A stretch of 64,000 nucleotides of DNA from an uncultured Actinomycetes bacterium (GCA_963708805.1 CAVPUA010000003.1:750455-814454); one strand, 5' to 3'; shown: positions 53,037 to 62,243, counted from the first letter of the stretch. Numbers and translations are program-made. The notes: a model not told the origin generated them from the sequence alone.

Positions 53037-53291
53037 TCACTTCCAGCGGAAGTGGACGAAGACCCGTCCGAAGTTGTCCGAGTCCTTCTCGACGCGGTGA
53101 TAGAGGGCCTTCACCTCTTTACGATCGAGGAAGCGGAGAACGCGCTTCTTCAACTGGCCCGAGCCCTTGCCGGGGATGATCTCGACCAGCGGGGCCTTCT
53201 TGGCCACCGCTTCGTCGATGATCGACTTCAGTGCGCGCTCGATGTCGTCACCGCGGTTGTAGATGTCGTGCAGGTCCAGCTTGAGCTTCAC
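53037..53291 (-). CDS. stand-alone Smr-domain protein; start uncertain
   Basis: GTG 53291 gives VKLKLDLHDIYNRGDDIERAL...PLVEIIPGKGSGQLKKRVLRFL, the Smr LDLHG-type and GKG signatures. GC is lower than in the neighbours. Confidence 0.6.
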   Translation of the reverse strand: MKLKLDLHDIYNRGDDIERALKSIIDEAVAKKAPLVEIIPGKGSGQLKKRVLRFLDRKEVKALYHRVEKDSDNFGRVFVHFRWK

Positions 53292-53339
53292 GCCGTCATC
53301 GTCCTCCGGGGCCGCGACGGCGCTCGCGGCAGGAGCAAG

Positions 53340-54038
53340 ATGATCGAGTCGGCCCGGCTCGAGAGGATCAGGCGCGTGGAGATGTTGGCGATGACCGACA
53401 GCGTGTGCGGGGATTTCTTGCGACTCGCTCTGGACGCCGACTCGGGCAAGCTCCGGCACACGGGAGTATTGGCCGAGGCGATGCGCGGCGCGCTGCTCAT
53501 CGACCTCGCTCGAGCGGGGCGGCTGAACGAGAACGGCCCCGGCGCCCAGGTCGACACCACGCCCACTGGGTTCGGCCTGGCCGACGAGCTGATCCGTGCC
53601 GTCGAGGAGCACCCGACTCGCAACCTGCGGATCTGGATGCAGCGCGGGGTGCCGCACCTGCACGAGTTCATCGCCGAGCTCGTGGCCGACGGCTTCTGGA
53701 CGGTCGAGCGGCGAGATCTGACGCTGGCCGCCCACTACCGCGACAGCAGCGCGGCGCGGTACCAAGCGCTCTTCGAGGCGATCGCCGCGGTCGTCCGCGG
53801 TGAGCACGCGCCGGCCGACCCACGGCAGGCGGCGCTGGCCGCACTCGCCACCGTCACCAGCCTCGTCGATCCCGGTCCGAGCCTGCAGCATCCGAGCCCA
53901 GCACTGCTCGAAGCCAGCGGTGACCTGCGCTGGATCACCACCCAGGTCACCGACTTCCTGCTCGACGCCCAGGCCGAGGACGGCGCGGCGGGAGCCGCGA
54001 ACACGATCACGACGGGGATTCAGCTCGGCTCGATCTGA
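53340..54038 (+). CDS. GPP34/GOLPH3-family protein
   Basis: ATG 53340 lies 4 nt after AGGAGC. GDFLRLALDADSGKL...MRGALLIDLARAGRL is the GPP34 pattern seen in actinobacteria. Confidence 0.6.
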   Translation: MIESARLERIRRVEMLAMTDSVCGDFLRLALDADSGKLRHTGVLAEAMRGALLIDLARAGRLNENGPGAQVDTTPTGFGLADELIRAVEEHPTRNLRIWMQRGVPHLHEFIAELVADGFWTVERRDLTLAAHYRDSSAARYQALFEAIAAVVRGEHAPADPRQAALAALATVTSLVDPGPSLQHPSPALLEASGDLRWITTQVTDFLLDAQAEDGAAGAANTITTGIQLGSI

Positions 54039-54247
54039 CTCGTTCCCCGGTGTTCATCCAGTCGTTCGAGGGTCAGCGCCATGGGCGACGACCCGTTTGC
54101 GGGGCTGTTGCGCGATCCCGACCTCGGAGTGCTGAAGGCGATGCCCGTGCAGGAATCCGGTCCGCCGCGCCGGGCGCTGCGCGGGATGGGCCGCTGACGG
54201 GACGACGTCCTGACCGATCTCGTCGGCGGCACGGCATAGTTGGGGTC

Positions 54248-55651
54248 ATGGCTCTTCGTGGTGGTGCCGTCCCTTCTCGTTCGCCCCGAGCTCCACGGGA
54301 GACCGACCCGTTCGCGGGCATGGCCAACCCGGCGCTCGAACGCGAGATCAATCCGCCGATGCGTGCTCTGGCCCACGATGCCGTGCCGCCCGACGTGGCC
54401 TACCAGTTGGTGCACGACGAACTCCTGCTCGACGGCAGCGCCCGGCTGAACCTCGCGACCTTCGTCACCACGTGGATGGAGCCGCAGGCGGCCCAGTTGA
54501 TGGCCGAGTCGCTCGACAAGAACATGATCGACAAGGACGAGTACCCGCAGACGGCGGCGATCGAGAACCGGTGCGTGGCGATCCTGTCGAACCTGTGGCA
54601 CGCGCCTGACCCCGAGGTCGCGACCGGTTGTTCGACGACCGGGTCCAGCGAAGCCTGCATGCTGGCCGGCATGGCCCTCAAGCACCGCTGGGCCGCTCGG
54701 GTCGGCGCCGACTCGGGCCGCAAGCCCAACCTGGTGATGGGTGCGAACGTCCAGGTCTGCTGGGAGAAGTTCTGCCGATACTGGGACGTCGAACCGCGTC
54801 TGGTACCCGTCGAGGGCGATCGGCTGCACCTGGGCGCCGAGCAGGCAGTGGCCCGGTGCGACGAGAACACCATCGGCGTCGTCGCCATCCTCGGCTCGAC
54901 CTTCGACGGTAGTTACGAGCCGGTCGCCGAGATCTCGGCCGCTCTGGACGAGCTGGTCGCGCGGGGCGGACCCGACATCCCGATCCATGTCGACGCGGCA
55001 TCGGGCGGCATGATCGCCCCGTTCCTCGACCCCGATCTCGTGTGGGACTTCCGGCTGCCGCGTGTCGCGTCGATCAACACGTCCGGACACAAGTACGGAC
55101 TGGTCTACCCGGGCGTCGGCTGGGCCGTCTGGCGTGACGCCGAGGCGCTGCCGCAGGAGCTCGTGTTCGACGTCAACTACCTGGGCGGCAACATGCCGAC
55201 GTTCGCGTTGAACTTCTCGCGTCCGGGCTCCGAGATCATCGCGCAGTACTACACGTTCTTCCGCCTCGGCCGCGCCGGCTATGTCGCTGTCCAACAGGCG
55301 TGCCGGGACGTGGCGACCTCACTGGCCGAGCAGATCGCGAACCTCGGCCCGTACCGGTTGATCACCCGCGGCGACCAGTTGCCGGTCTTCGCGTTCACCA
55401 CCGATCCGGACGTGCAGGCCTGGGACGTCTTCGCGGTGTCGCGGGGGTTGCGCGAGCACGGGTGGCAGGTCCCGGCCTACACGTTCCCCGCCGAGCGAAC
55501 CGATCTCGCCGTGCTGCGAATAGTGTGCCGCAACGGCTTCTCGCGCGACCTGGCCGACCTCTTCCTGCGTGACCTGATCGCCGTCACCGACACGTTGCAG
55601 ACCGACGTCGCCAAGGTCGGGAGCAGCGGCCCGCCGTCGTTTCATCACTGA
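54248..55651 (+). CDS. gadB: glutamate decarboxylase
   Basis: ATG 54248 within track ORF 54050..55651 gives 467 aa. LLLDGSARLNLATFVTTWME and the PLP-lysine motif SINTSGHKYGLVYPGVGW are present. Confidence 0.9.
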   Translation: MALRGGAVPSRSPRAPRETDPFAGMANPALEREINPPMRALAHDAVPPDVAYQLVHDELLLDGSARLNLATFVTTWMEPQAAQLMAESLDKNMIDKDEYPQTAAIENRCVAILSNLWHAPDPEVATGCSTTGSSEACMLAGMALKHRWAARVGADSGRKPNLVMGANVQVCWEKFCRYWDVEPRLVPVEGDRLHLGAEQAVARCDENTIGVVAILGSTFDGSYEPVAEISAALDELVARGGPDIPIHVDAASGGMIAPFLDPDLVWDFRLPRVASINTSGHKYGLVYPGVGWAVWRDAEALPQELVFDVNYLGGNMPTFALNFSRPGSEIIAQYYTFFRLGRAGYVAVQQACRDVATSLAEQIANLGPYRLITRGDQLPVFAFTTDPDVQAWDVFAVSRGLREHGWQVPAYTFPAERTDLAVLRIVCRNGFSRDLADLFLRDLIAVTDTLQTDVAKVGSSGPPSFHH

Positions 55652-55667
55652 CCAGTCAGTGACCCCA

Positions 55668-55922
55668 TCAGCGGATGAGCTGCGCTCGGTGCTCGACCTG
55701 CGGGAAGCCCGGCGCCCAGGCCAGGTTCACGAGCCACTTGGTGACCGAGTGGCTCCGCGGCCAGCGGTGGACCTCGGTGTCGTCCCACAGCAGCACCGCG
55801 TCTTCGACCTGGGCGGCGTGCCGTCCCGGGTGCCGTTCCAGCAGCTGGCAGCGACCGCCGTCCACGTCGATGTCCGCGCATCGGCGGCGCGGTCCTGGCG
55901 GTGTGAGTTGGGGAATGCCCAT
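55668..55922 (-). CDS. hypothetical small protein
   Basis: 84-aa ORF with reasonable GC3. No motif recognised. Confidence 0.35.
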   Translation of the reverse strand: MGIPQLTPPGPRRRCADIDVDGGRCQLLERHPGRHAAQVEDAVLLWDDTEVHRWPRSHSVTKWLVNLAWAPGFPQVEHRAQLIR

Positions 55923-56157
55923 GGCGAGAACACTGCCCGCGCGGCGTTAACGGCCGGCGAAGCTGCGGTTGTCGGTCAACGGCGGGGATCGGACGAGGTG
56001 GCGTCGCGCCGGATTGTCCGCCCACGATGAACGGCGCCTCAACTACGTCTTAAGGACGCACGCAATCACCATCATCGATAGCCGCCGGAGTCGATCGCCT
56101 TCTACGCTTATCGGACTCGGCCGGGGGGGCCGCGCCGGCTGAGCGAGTGGGATCGAC

Positions 56158-57258
56158 GTGGACTGTACGAGGGCGCTCGCGCAGACGGGCGTGGCTGTGT
56201 CGGGCATCGCCCTGGCCGGTCTGGTCGTGCTCGTGGTCGGCGTCGCCCTGACCGTTGCCGCTCGCCACCGAACCACCGGGCGAGCACACCATGCGCTGGT
56301 GATCGGGATCATCCTCGTGCTGTTGCTGGCCCTCGACCCGCGATCCAGCGGCGCGGCGACATCCGCGTCCTGTGCCCAGTCTCCGGCGTCCCCGCCCGCG
56401 TACGCGGTGACCCGGCCGGTGTCGAGCTGTGACCGTGTCACGCTCAGCGCCGACCGCGCCAGTGCCGAACTGGGCTCGCCGATCACGTTCGTCGCCTCGG
56501 CGCCGACCGGTCTGGCGCCCGGCGTGGTGACGTTCTGGGACGGGACCCGGACGCTGGGGACGGTCGGCGTCCAGGCGGGGTCGGCCGTCCTGTCGATCGA
56601 TGGCCTCGGTGTCGGCGCGCACCGCGTGTTCGCGACGTTCACTCCGGTGGTCACGGCCAGCTGCGTACCCGATGGCTCGGTCGCGCTGATCGTGATCGTC
56701 AATGGCACCACGGCGGGCTCGGGCGGTAGCTCCGACGGCGGAGACGTACAAGCGATCCAGGCCAGGATCGGCGCGGGGATTCTTCTCCTGCGCAGTCCCT
56801 ATGACGCCGAGCATCCGCTGGACCTCGGTGTCTTGCGATTGGCCGGATCGGCTGATCAGTACGTCGGGAGGGCTCAGTTCGGAGACGGCTCCGTCTCCGG
56901 CAGTCTCTCGATCATCGACACCCGCGGTGGTGACGCCGGGTGGACGGTGTGCGTCCAGGGCGGCGACCTCGGCGATCCAGCCGGCGACCTCGTGTCCGGA
57001 TCCAACTTCGGCTTCATCAACGTCGCAGCCATCAGTTGGCCCGGTGGTCCTCGGGTGACAGTGGGTGACCGGGCAGGGCCGACGACGGCTGTGGCACCGG
57101 GTACCGCCATCGGCCTCGGTGCCGGCCCGCAGGTGATCGCGCGCTCGGTCGGCTCGGGGGCGGGCACGGTCGGGCTGAGCGGTCTTGTCACCCTGGTCGC
57201 CCCGCTTAGCAGCGCGCCCGGGACGTACTCGGGAACGCTCACGTTCACCGTCGGATGA
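56158..57258 (+). CDS. secreted/surface protein with Ig-like domain and WxL-like C-terminal domain (tentative)
   Basis: 366 aa with N-terminal hydrophobic segments. VVTFWDGTRTLGTVGVQAGSAVLSIDGLGVGAHRVFATFT resembles a bacterial Ig-like repeat. IIDTRGGDAGWTV and the terminal GTYSGTLTFTVG resemble the WxL domain. Confidence 0.45.
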   Translation: MDCTRALAQTGVAVSGIALAGLVVLVVGVALTVAARHRTTGRAHHALVIGIILVLLLALDPRSSGAATSASCAQSPASPPAYAVTRPVSSCDRVTLSADRASAELGSPITFVASAPTGLAPGVVTFWDGTRTLGTVGVQAGSAVLSIDGLGVGAHRVFATFTPVVTASCVPDGSVALIVIVNGTTAGSGGSSDGGDVQAIQARIGAGILLLRSPYDAEHPLDLGVLRLAGSADQYVGRAQFGDGSVSGSLSIIDTRGGDAGWTVCVQGGDLGDPAGDLVSGSNFGFINVAAISWPGGPRVTVGDRAGPTTAVAPGTAIGLGAGPQVIARSVGSGAGTVGLSGLVTLVAPLSSAPGTYSGTLTFTVG

Positions 57259-57319
57259 CCGAACGTGTAGCTTGATCATCAAGACGCCTGGTCATGTTTG
57301 ACGAGCCGCTTGGCTGCTT

Positions 57320-58453
57320 TCAGCCGCGCCGGATCGCGGCCTGCTCGGGCGTGCGGGCGACGAACTGTGGGCCGGTGACCTCGGTGTCGTAGTAGCGGTG
57401 GAACACCGGCGTCAGCGCGCCGCTGATCGGCGGGACGATCCAGCTCCAGTCCGCGGGGCACCGCCGACCGGCCCGCTCCTCCTTCTCGACGTGGGTCAGG
57501 AAGCGGCGCGACTCGGTGTGGTGATCGGCGATCGTCACCCCGGCCTGCGCGAACGAGTGCAGTACGGCCCGGTTGAGCTCGATCACCGCGCGGTCACGCC
57601 ACAAGGTCTGCTCGGATGACGTGTCGAGGTGCAGCCGCTCGGCGATCGTCGCCGTCAGGTTGTAGCGGTCGTGGTCGGCCAGATTGCGGGCGCCGATCTC
57701 GGTGCCCATGTACCAGCCGTTGAACGGCGCCGAGGAATAGGTGACGCCCCCGATGCGCAGCGCCATGTTGCTGATGGCGGGCACGGCGTGCCACTTGAGT
57801 CCCAGTTCGGCGAACCACGCGTGATCGGGGTGCGACAGGTGCACCTCGAGGATGTCGGCGTCCGACAGCTCGAACAACGTCGGCGGTTCGTCGCCCGTCT
57901 CGATGACGAGGGGCAGCACGTCGAAGGCCGAGCGGACCTCGGGGGCCCGCCACCCCAGTTGCTGCACCCGCTCGGTGAACCGCGCATACCGGGGATCGCC
58001 CAGCGGGCCGGCGTCCTCGGTGGGGTAGCCCGCATAGCGGATCAGCTGCTCGTTCCAGATCGTCGGTCCGGGCTGCCCCGGTTCGTCCGGCGCGAAGACG
58101 CTGACCACCGGTCGGATCCGGCCGCCGTTGGCCGCGATCCGCAGGTGGGCCCGGCAGTGATCGGCGATGCCTTCCGCGCTTGTGACATTGCGCAGGTCGC
58201 GCACGTACAGGCTGTTCCAGTAGAGCCGGCCGATGCAGCGCGCGCTGTTGCGCCAGGCCACCCGGCAACCCCAGATCAGTTCGGAGTTGGTGTGCCGGTA
58301 GGTACCGGTCTCGAGGATGGACGTGGCCACCTCGGCGGTGCGCACGACCCGGTCTCCGGCGGTCGGGTTCTCGGCATGGAACTGGTCGACGAACTCGAGC
58401 GCTTCGTGGAGGTCGACCCCGGACGATCGTTCGGTTGCTGCCTCTGCGTGCAC
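57320..58453 (-). CDS. nos: nitric-oxide synthase oxygenase (bacterial NOS)
   Basis: Haem-thiolate motif WRNSARCIGRLYW, plus GWYMGTEIG, ADHHT and WIVPPISG blocks. GTG 58453 (377 aa) lies 2 nt after the upstream stop. The track ORF extends to 58846 over the upstream gene. Confidence 0.9.
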   Translation of the reverse strand: MHAEAATERSSGVDLHEALEFVDQFHAENPTAGDRVVRTAEVATSILETGTYRHTNSELIWGCRVAWRNSARCIGRLYWNSLYVRDLRNVTSAEGIADHCRAHLRIAANGGRIRPVVSVFAPDEPGQPGPTIWNEQLIRYAGYPTEDAGPLGDPRYARFTERVQQLGWRAPEVRSAFDVLPLVIETGDEPPTLFELSDADILEVHLSHPDHAWFAELGLKWHAVPAISNMALRIGGVTYSSAPFNGWYMGTEIGARNLADHDRYNLTATIAERLHLDTSSEQTLWRDRAVIELNRAVLHSFAQAGVTIADHHTESRRFLTHVEKEERAGRRCPADWSWIVPPISGALTPVFHRYYDTEVTGPQFVARTPEQAAIRRG

Positions 58454-58455
58454 GA

Positions 58456-60045
58456 TCAGCCGACCATCTCGAATTTGTCGAAGTGGATCTTGGCACGCGG
58501 AACGCCGCTGTGGACCAGCTTGCTGACCGTCGTCGAGATCATCGGATCCGGCCCCGAGACGAGCACATCGACCCCCATCGTCGCCCAGTCCCGCAGTCCG
58601 GGCACGATCTCCTCGACCCGTCCGTGATAGCCCTCGTAGGCCGGATCGTCGGACAGCACGGCGTGCACTTCGGCGTTCAACCAGTAACCCCCGGCGTGGA
58701 TCAGCTTGGCCAGCTTGTCGACGGAATAGGTGTCGTCTCGAGATCGGCCCCCGACGAACGTGTACAGCTGCGGTGCGTCGGGCCAGCCGAGGATCGACTC
58801 GACGACGGCCGTGATCGGTGCGGCCCCGGTGCCCGACGCGACGCACAACAGGCCGCCCGGAACGGTGCCGGGTTCGACCACGAGATCGTTGCCCCTCGGC
58901 GGCCCGAGCGTGAGACGGTCACCCGGCTGGGTGTGGGCGACCAGCGCCGACGAGACGCCGGACCCACCGAGCGCGCGGACTTGGATGTCGAAGGTGTTGT
59001 CGGCGCGCGGCGCGCTCGCGATCGACATCGAGCGCCACTCCCGGCGGAACGCGGGCACCTCGAGCGTGAGGTACTGGCCGGCCTTGTACGGGTACGGCGC
59101 GTCGGGCTGGATGCGAAGGACGGCGAAATCGCGCGAGAGTCGCTGATGATCGAGGACCTGCGCGCCCCACGACGTGGGCTCGCCCGCGTGCTGCATGGCG
59201 CCGTCGATCATGATCGTGGCGAGCCGCGTGTAGCTGCCGACGATGGCCGCCTCGTGTTCATCGGTCCACTTGTTGCCGGCCAGCCGCTTCCAGGCGCTGA
59301 TCATGGCGGCGCCCGCGACCTCGTAGTGCCGGGGTTCGACGTCGAACTTCCGGTGATCGGCCCCGAGCTGTTCCAGGTGCGCGGTCAGGCCCTGAGGATC
59401 GTCGGCGACCACCCACTGGACGACGGCCCGGCCGAACTCCTGACGCTGCCGGGTCATGCTCGACGGGAACATGAACGGAGCCTCGGGCACGCGCAGGAAC
59501 AGCTCGGCGTAGAAGTCCGAGATCAGCCGGTCGGCCCGGTCGCTGACGAACGAGAACGCTTCGCGCACCAGCGCCGGATCGAAGTCGCGCTGGTTGGCCG
59601 GGAAGACGGGCTTGGGCGGGGGCGGCGGTGTCTGGGCGACATAGAACTCGGGCAGGTTCGGAGGCGGAAGGCGTCGTTGCGCATTGCCGACGACCAGCTC
59701 GCCCGGGGCGGCGATCGGCGGGGCCGGGGCAGCCGGTACCGGCGCCGGTGCGACGGCGGCGGGCGGTGCAGGTAGCTCGGTGTCCGCGTGGGGTGGGCCG
59801 GGCACCTCGGCTTCGAACGACTCCGGCCTCGGGTGCGCGCTAAGCGACGTCGTCCAGCTCGTCGACCCGTCCGGCGACGGTGAATCGGTGGGCGGTTGGC
59901 CCGCCCCGCGTTCGTGTCCGTGCTGCGGCGCCGAGTAGTCGTCGTCGAGGAGCCATCGCCGTAGTGCACCGCGCAATCCCACCGGACACCCCCTGTTCAG
60001 GACCGCGCGCAACGCACTTGGCCTCATACCACGCGTGTCGGCCAC
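58456..60045 (-). CDS. globin-domain / FNR-type FAD-NAD(P)H oxidoreductase fusion (flavohaemoglobin-like) with Pro-rich N-terminal extension; start uncertain
   Basis: Globin-like FYAELFLRVPEAPFMFP and LGADHRKFDVEPRHYEVAGAAMISAW. FNR motifs RSMSIAS (RxYS-type), GGSGVSSAL, the NAD(P)H loop ASGTGAAP, and SGPDPM. The first ~170 aa are Pro/Ala rich. Confidence 0.75.
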   Translation of the reverse strand: MADTRGMRPSALRAVLNRGCPVGLRGALRRWLLDDDYSAPQHGHERGAGQPPTDSPSPDGSTSWTTSLSAHPRPESFEAEVPGPPHADTELPAPPAAVAPAPVPAAPAPPIAAPGELVVGNAQRRLPPPNLPEFYVAQTPPPPPKPVFPANQRDFDPALVREAFSFVSDRADRLISDFYAELFLRVPEAPFMFPSSMTRQRQEFGRAVVQWVVADDPQGLTAHLEQLGADHRKFDVEPRHYEVAGAAMISAWKRLAGNKWTDEHEAAIVGSYTRLATIMIDGAMQHAGEPTSWGAQVLDHQRLSRDFAVLRIQPDAPYPYKAGQYLTLEVPAFRREWRSMSIASAPRADNTFDIQVRALGGSGVSSALVAHTQPGDRLTLGPPRGNDLVVEPGTVPGGLLCVASGTGAAPITAVVESILGWPDAPQLYTFVGGRSRDDTYSVDKLAKLIHAGGYWLNAEVHAVLSDDPAYEGYHGRVEEIVPGLRDWATMGVDVLVSGPDPMISTTVSKLVHSGVPRAKIHFDKFEMVG

Positions 60046-60225
60046 AGACGGTAAGACACGCGCACCAGTGAGTAACAGGTTACAGGCGAATAACGAGAAG
60101 AAGGAAGATCAACAGCTGAACTGTGCGGACCGGACCAAGATCAACTCTCCGGAGCGGTCCGCGCTGCCAGTTTCCGACATGTTAGATTCGAGTTAAGTCG
60201 GGGGCCGTCGACCGAACGGACTTCC

Positions 60226-60771
60226 ATGCGCTCGACCACCCTGCGCGCCTTGCTCGCTCTGAGCGTGACGGCTGGCGTCGTCGCCATCGGCTTCGTCGCG
60301 AACGGCTTCGTCGCGAACGGCGTCGTCGCCCGCTCACCGCACTCCGCTCCCGCGAACGCCCCCGCCGCTGTCGCGACGCCGGTCAACGGCGAGACGGTGG
60401 GCGTGGATCCGCTCGTGAGCGAGGGCCAACTGATCGCGTTCAGCGTGGACGGGTTCGCACCCGGGGCGGTGGCGACACTGACGCTGGAATGCCAACCGCT
60501 CGCCGCGACCTCCATTCGGGTCGACGCCGCCGGTACGGTGCGAGTCAGCTTCACGGTGCCGGCGCTGGCGCCCGCCGGATATCTCCTCGCGGTCACTGGG
60601 CCGTCCGCCGCGGTGCCGGGCGGCACGTCGGCGGGCGTGGTCGACGCGACGATCCCCCGTGCGGCGTTCTATCCGTTCGAGGTCACCGCGACCTCGACCC
60701 GCGGCTCGTCCGCCGGTCACCAGAACGGTTCATCAGTTCACGGCCGTTGCACCGGTGTCGTTCTAAAGTAG
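60226..60771 (+). CDS. secreted hypothetical protein
   Basis: 181 aa with a signal-peptide-like N-terminus carrying the short repeat GFVANGFVANGVVA and a beta-rich body. Confidence 0.45.
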   Translation: MRSTTLRALLALSVTAGVVAIGFVANGFVANGVVARSPHSAPANAPAAVATPVNGETVGVDPLVSEGQLIAFSVDGFAPGAVATLTLECQPLAATSIRVDAAGTVRVSFTVPALAPAGYLLAVTGPSAAVPGGTSAGVVDATIPRAAFYPFEVTATSTRGSSAGHQNGSSVHGRCTGVVLK

Positions 60772-60929
60772 GCGCCGTCACCGCGGCCACCTCCTCCGAA
60801 ACTGTCCGGTGATTCCCCCAGCGGCGCGTTCCCGTTCACCTGCGGGGGTTGGCGGGGACGCGCTGTGGTGGGTTCCGCGAAGAGGGTGTCGCCGGGCGGC
60901 ACCCGGCATCGGGCCGCGTCGGCCGAGCG

Positions 60930-62243
60930 TCAGGCCGCGTCGGCCGACGCGGTTGCGATCCGGTTGCGGCCGTCGCTCTTGGCTCGATACAGCGCGGCGT
61001 CGGCTGCGTGCATCAGCTCGGTCACCGTCCCGCCGCCATGCGGGTAGGTGGCGATGCCGATCGAGACCGAGAGATCGTTGATCAACCGCGGTCCGTCCGG
61101 GTGCTCGGCGTAGGTGTCGAGCACGGTCACGCCGTGTCGGATCCGCTCGGCGACCGTGTGCGCCTCGGACTCGCGGGCGCGCGAGAGGAGCACCACGAAC
61201 TCCTCGCCGCCGAACCGCCCGACGGCGTCGTTGTCGCGGACTTCGCCGGTGATGCAGTTGGCCACCGCGCGCAGCACTTCGTCGCCGTTGAGGTGACCGT
61301 GCTGGTCGTTGATCCGCTTGAAGTGGTCGAGGTCGATCATCAGCACGCTCAGGGTCGCGTCGGCGCGGTTGGCAGCTTTGGCCAGCTCGCGACTCGCGCG
61401 ATAGTGCCAGCTCGCCGCGTTGAGGACGCCCGTCTTGTGGTCGAGGATCGCGGTCGTCTCGAGCTCCCGGTTGAGCAGGCCGCGGTGCAAGATCATCAGC
61501 GGCGGGAGGATCGCGATCGACACCGCGGGCAGGGTCACCATGACGAGCGCGACGATCACCGCGAGGCAGAGGGTCGCGACCTCGAGGAAGTTGTCCGGCC
61601 AGCTGCCGATCACCTCGTGCACCGAATGCGTACGGGCCCAGATGGTGGGGACGACGAGTACGGCACCGATGAGGAAGTAGACCGCCAGCGAGGCGGACAG
61701 GGCCAGTATCCCGTCGGTTCCGCGGTCGGTCGCCTGCTTGATGCCGCTGACGCCGAACAGGTTCAGGACGGCTCGCGCGAGATAACACGTCAGGATCACG
61801 AAGCAGGTGTTCATGATCGAGCGGTACAGCGTGATCTCGCGCAATCGGTACCAGCTGCGCACACTCAACTGCAGGTACAGGAGGACGACCAGAGCGGCGA
61901 CGAGGATCGGCGGCAGCAGCAGTACGCCGGCGAATGTCCAGACCGACGTCAAGTTGATGTGTGCGGTGTCGGTGAGTTGTCGCCGCATGCGTTCGGTCTG
62001 TCGACCGATCTCGGCCTGGGCGATGCCCAGCGCCGTCAGGCCGGCGAGCACCACGAGATCGTGCCATTGGACTGTGGTGTCCCTCGCAATGACCAAAGTC
62101 GACGCGACAACGGTGGCTTCGACCAGAAGAATATAAGCGACTATCGACCGCGGTTGCGCCCATAACGCCCACGAAAATCGTCGGCGCACCACAGAAGAGG
62201 GCCAAGGGCCCTCGCTCGCGGAACTTAAATCAGTAATACTCAT
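60930..62243 (-). CDS. membrane-bound diguanylate cyclase (GGDEF domain)
   Basis: Intact 437 aa with about 7 N-terminal TM helices. The GGDEF domain has DHFKRIND and the active site RFGGEEF. Confidence 0.9.
   Translation of the reverse strand: MSITDLSSASEGPWPSSVVRRRFSWALWAQPRSIVAYILLVEATVVASTLVIARDTTVQWHDLVVLAGLTALGIAQAEIGRQTERMRRQLTDTAHINLTSVWTFAGVLLLPPILVAALVVLLYLQLSVRSWYRLREITLYRSIMNTCFVILTCYLARAVLNLFGVSGIKQATDRGTDGILALSASLAVYFLIGAVLVVPTIWARTHSVHEVIGSWPDNFLEVATLCLAVIVALVMVTLPAVSIAILPPLMILHRGLLNRELETTAILDHKTGVLNAASWHYRASRELAKAANRADATLSVLMIDLDHFKRINDQHGHLNGDEVLRAVANCITGEVRDNDAVGRFGGEEFVVLLSRARESEAHTVAERIRHGVTVLDTYAEHPDGPRLINDLSVSIGIATYPHGGGTVTELMHAADAALYRAKSDGRNRIATASADAA

Noticed and set aside
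57271-57283. Perfect 13-bp palindrome CTTGATCATCAAG between the convergent surface-protein and NOS genes.
   Set aside because: It cannot form a stable hairpin (1-nt loop) and has no T-run. A single occurrence gives no evidence for a binding site.
60270-60320. Short tandem repeat encoding GFVANGFVANGVVA in the secreted protein's N-terminus.
   Set aside because: It has only two units, lies within a signal-peptide-like hydrophobic segment, and nothing suggests a function beyond hydrophobicity.
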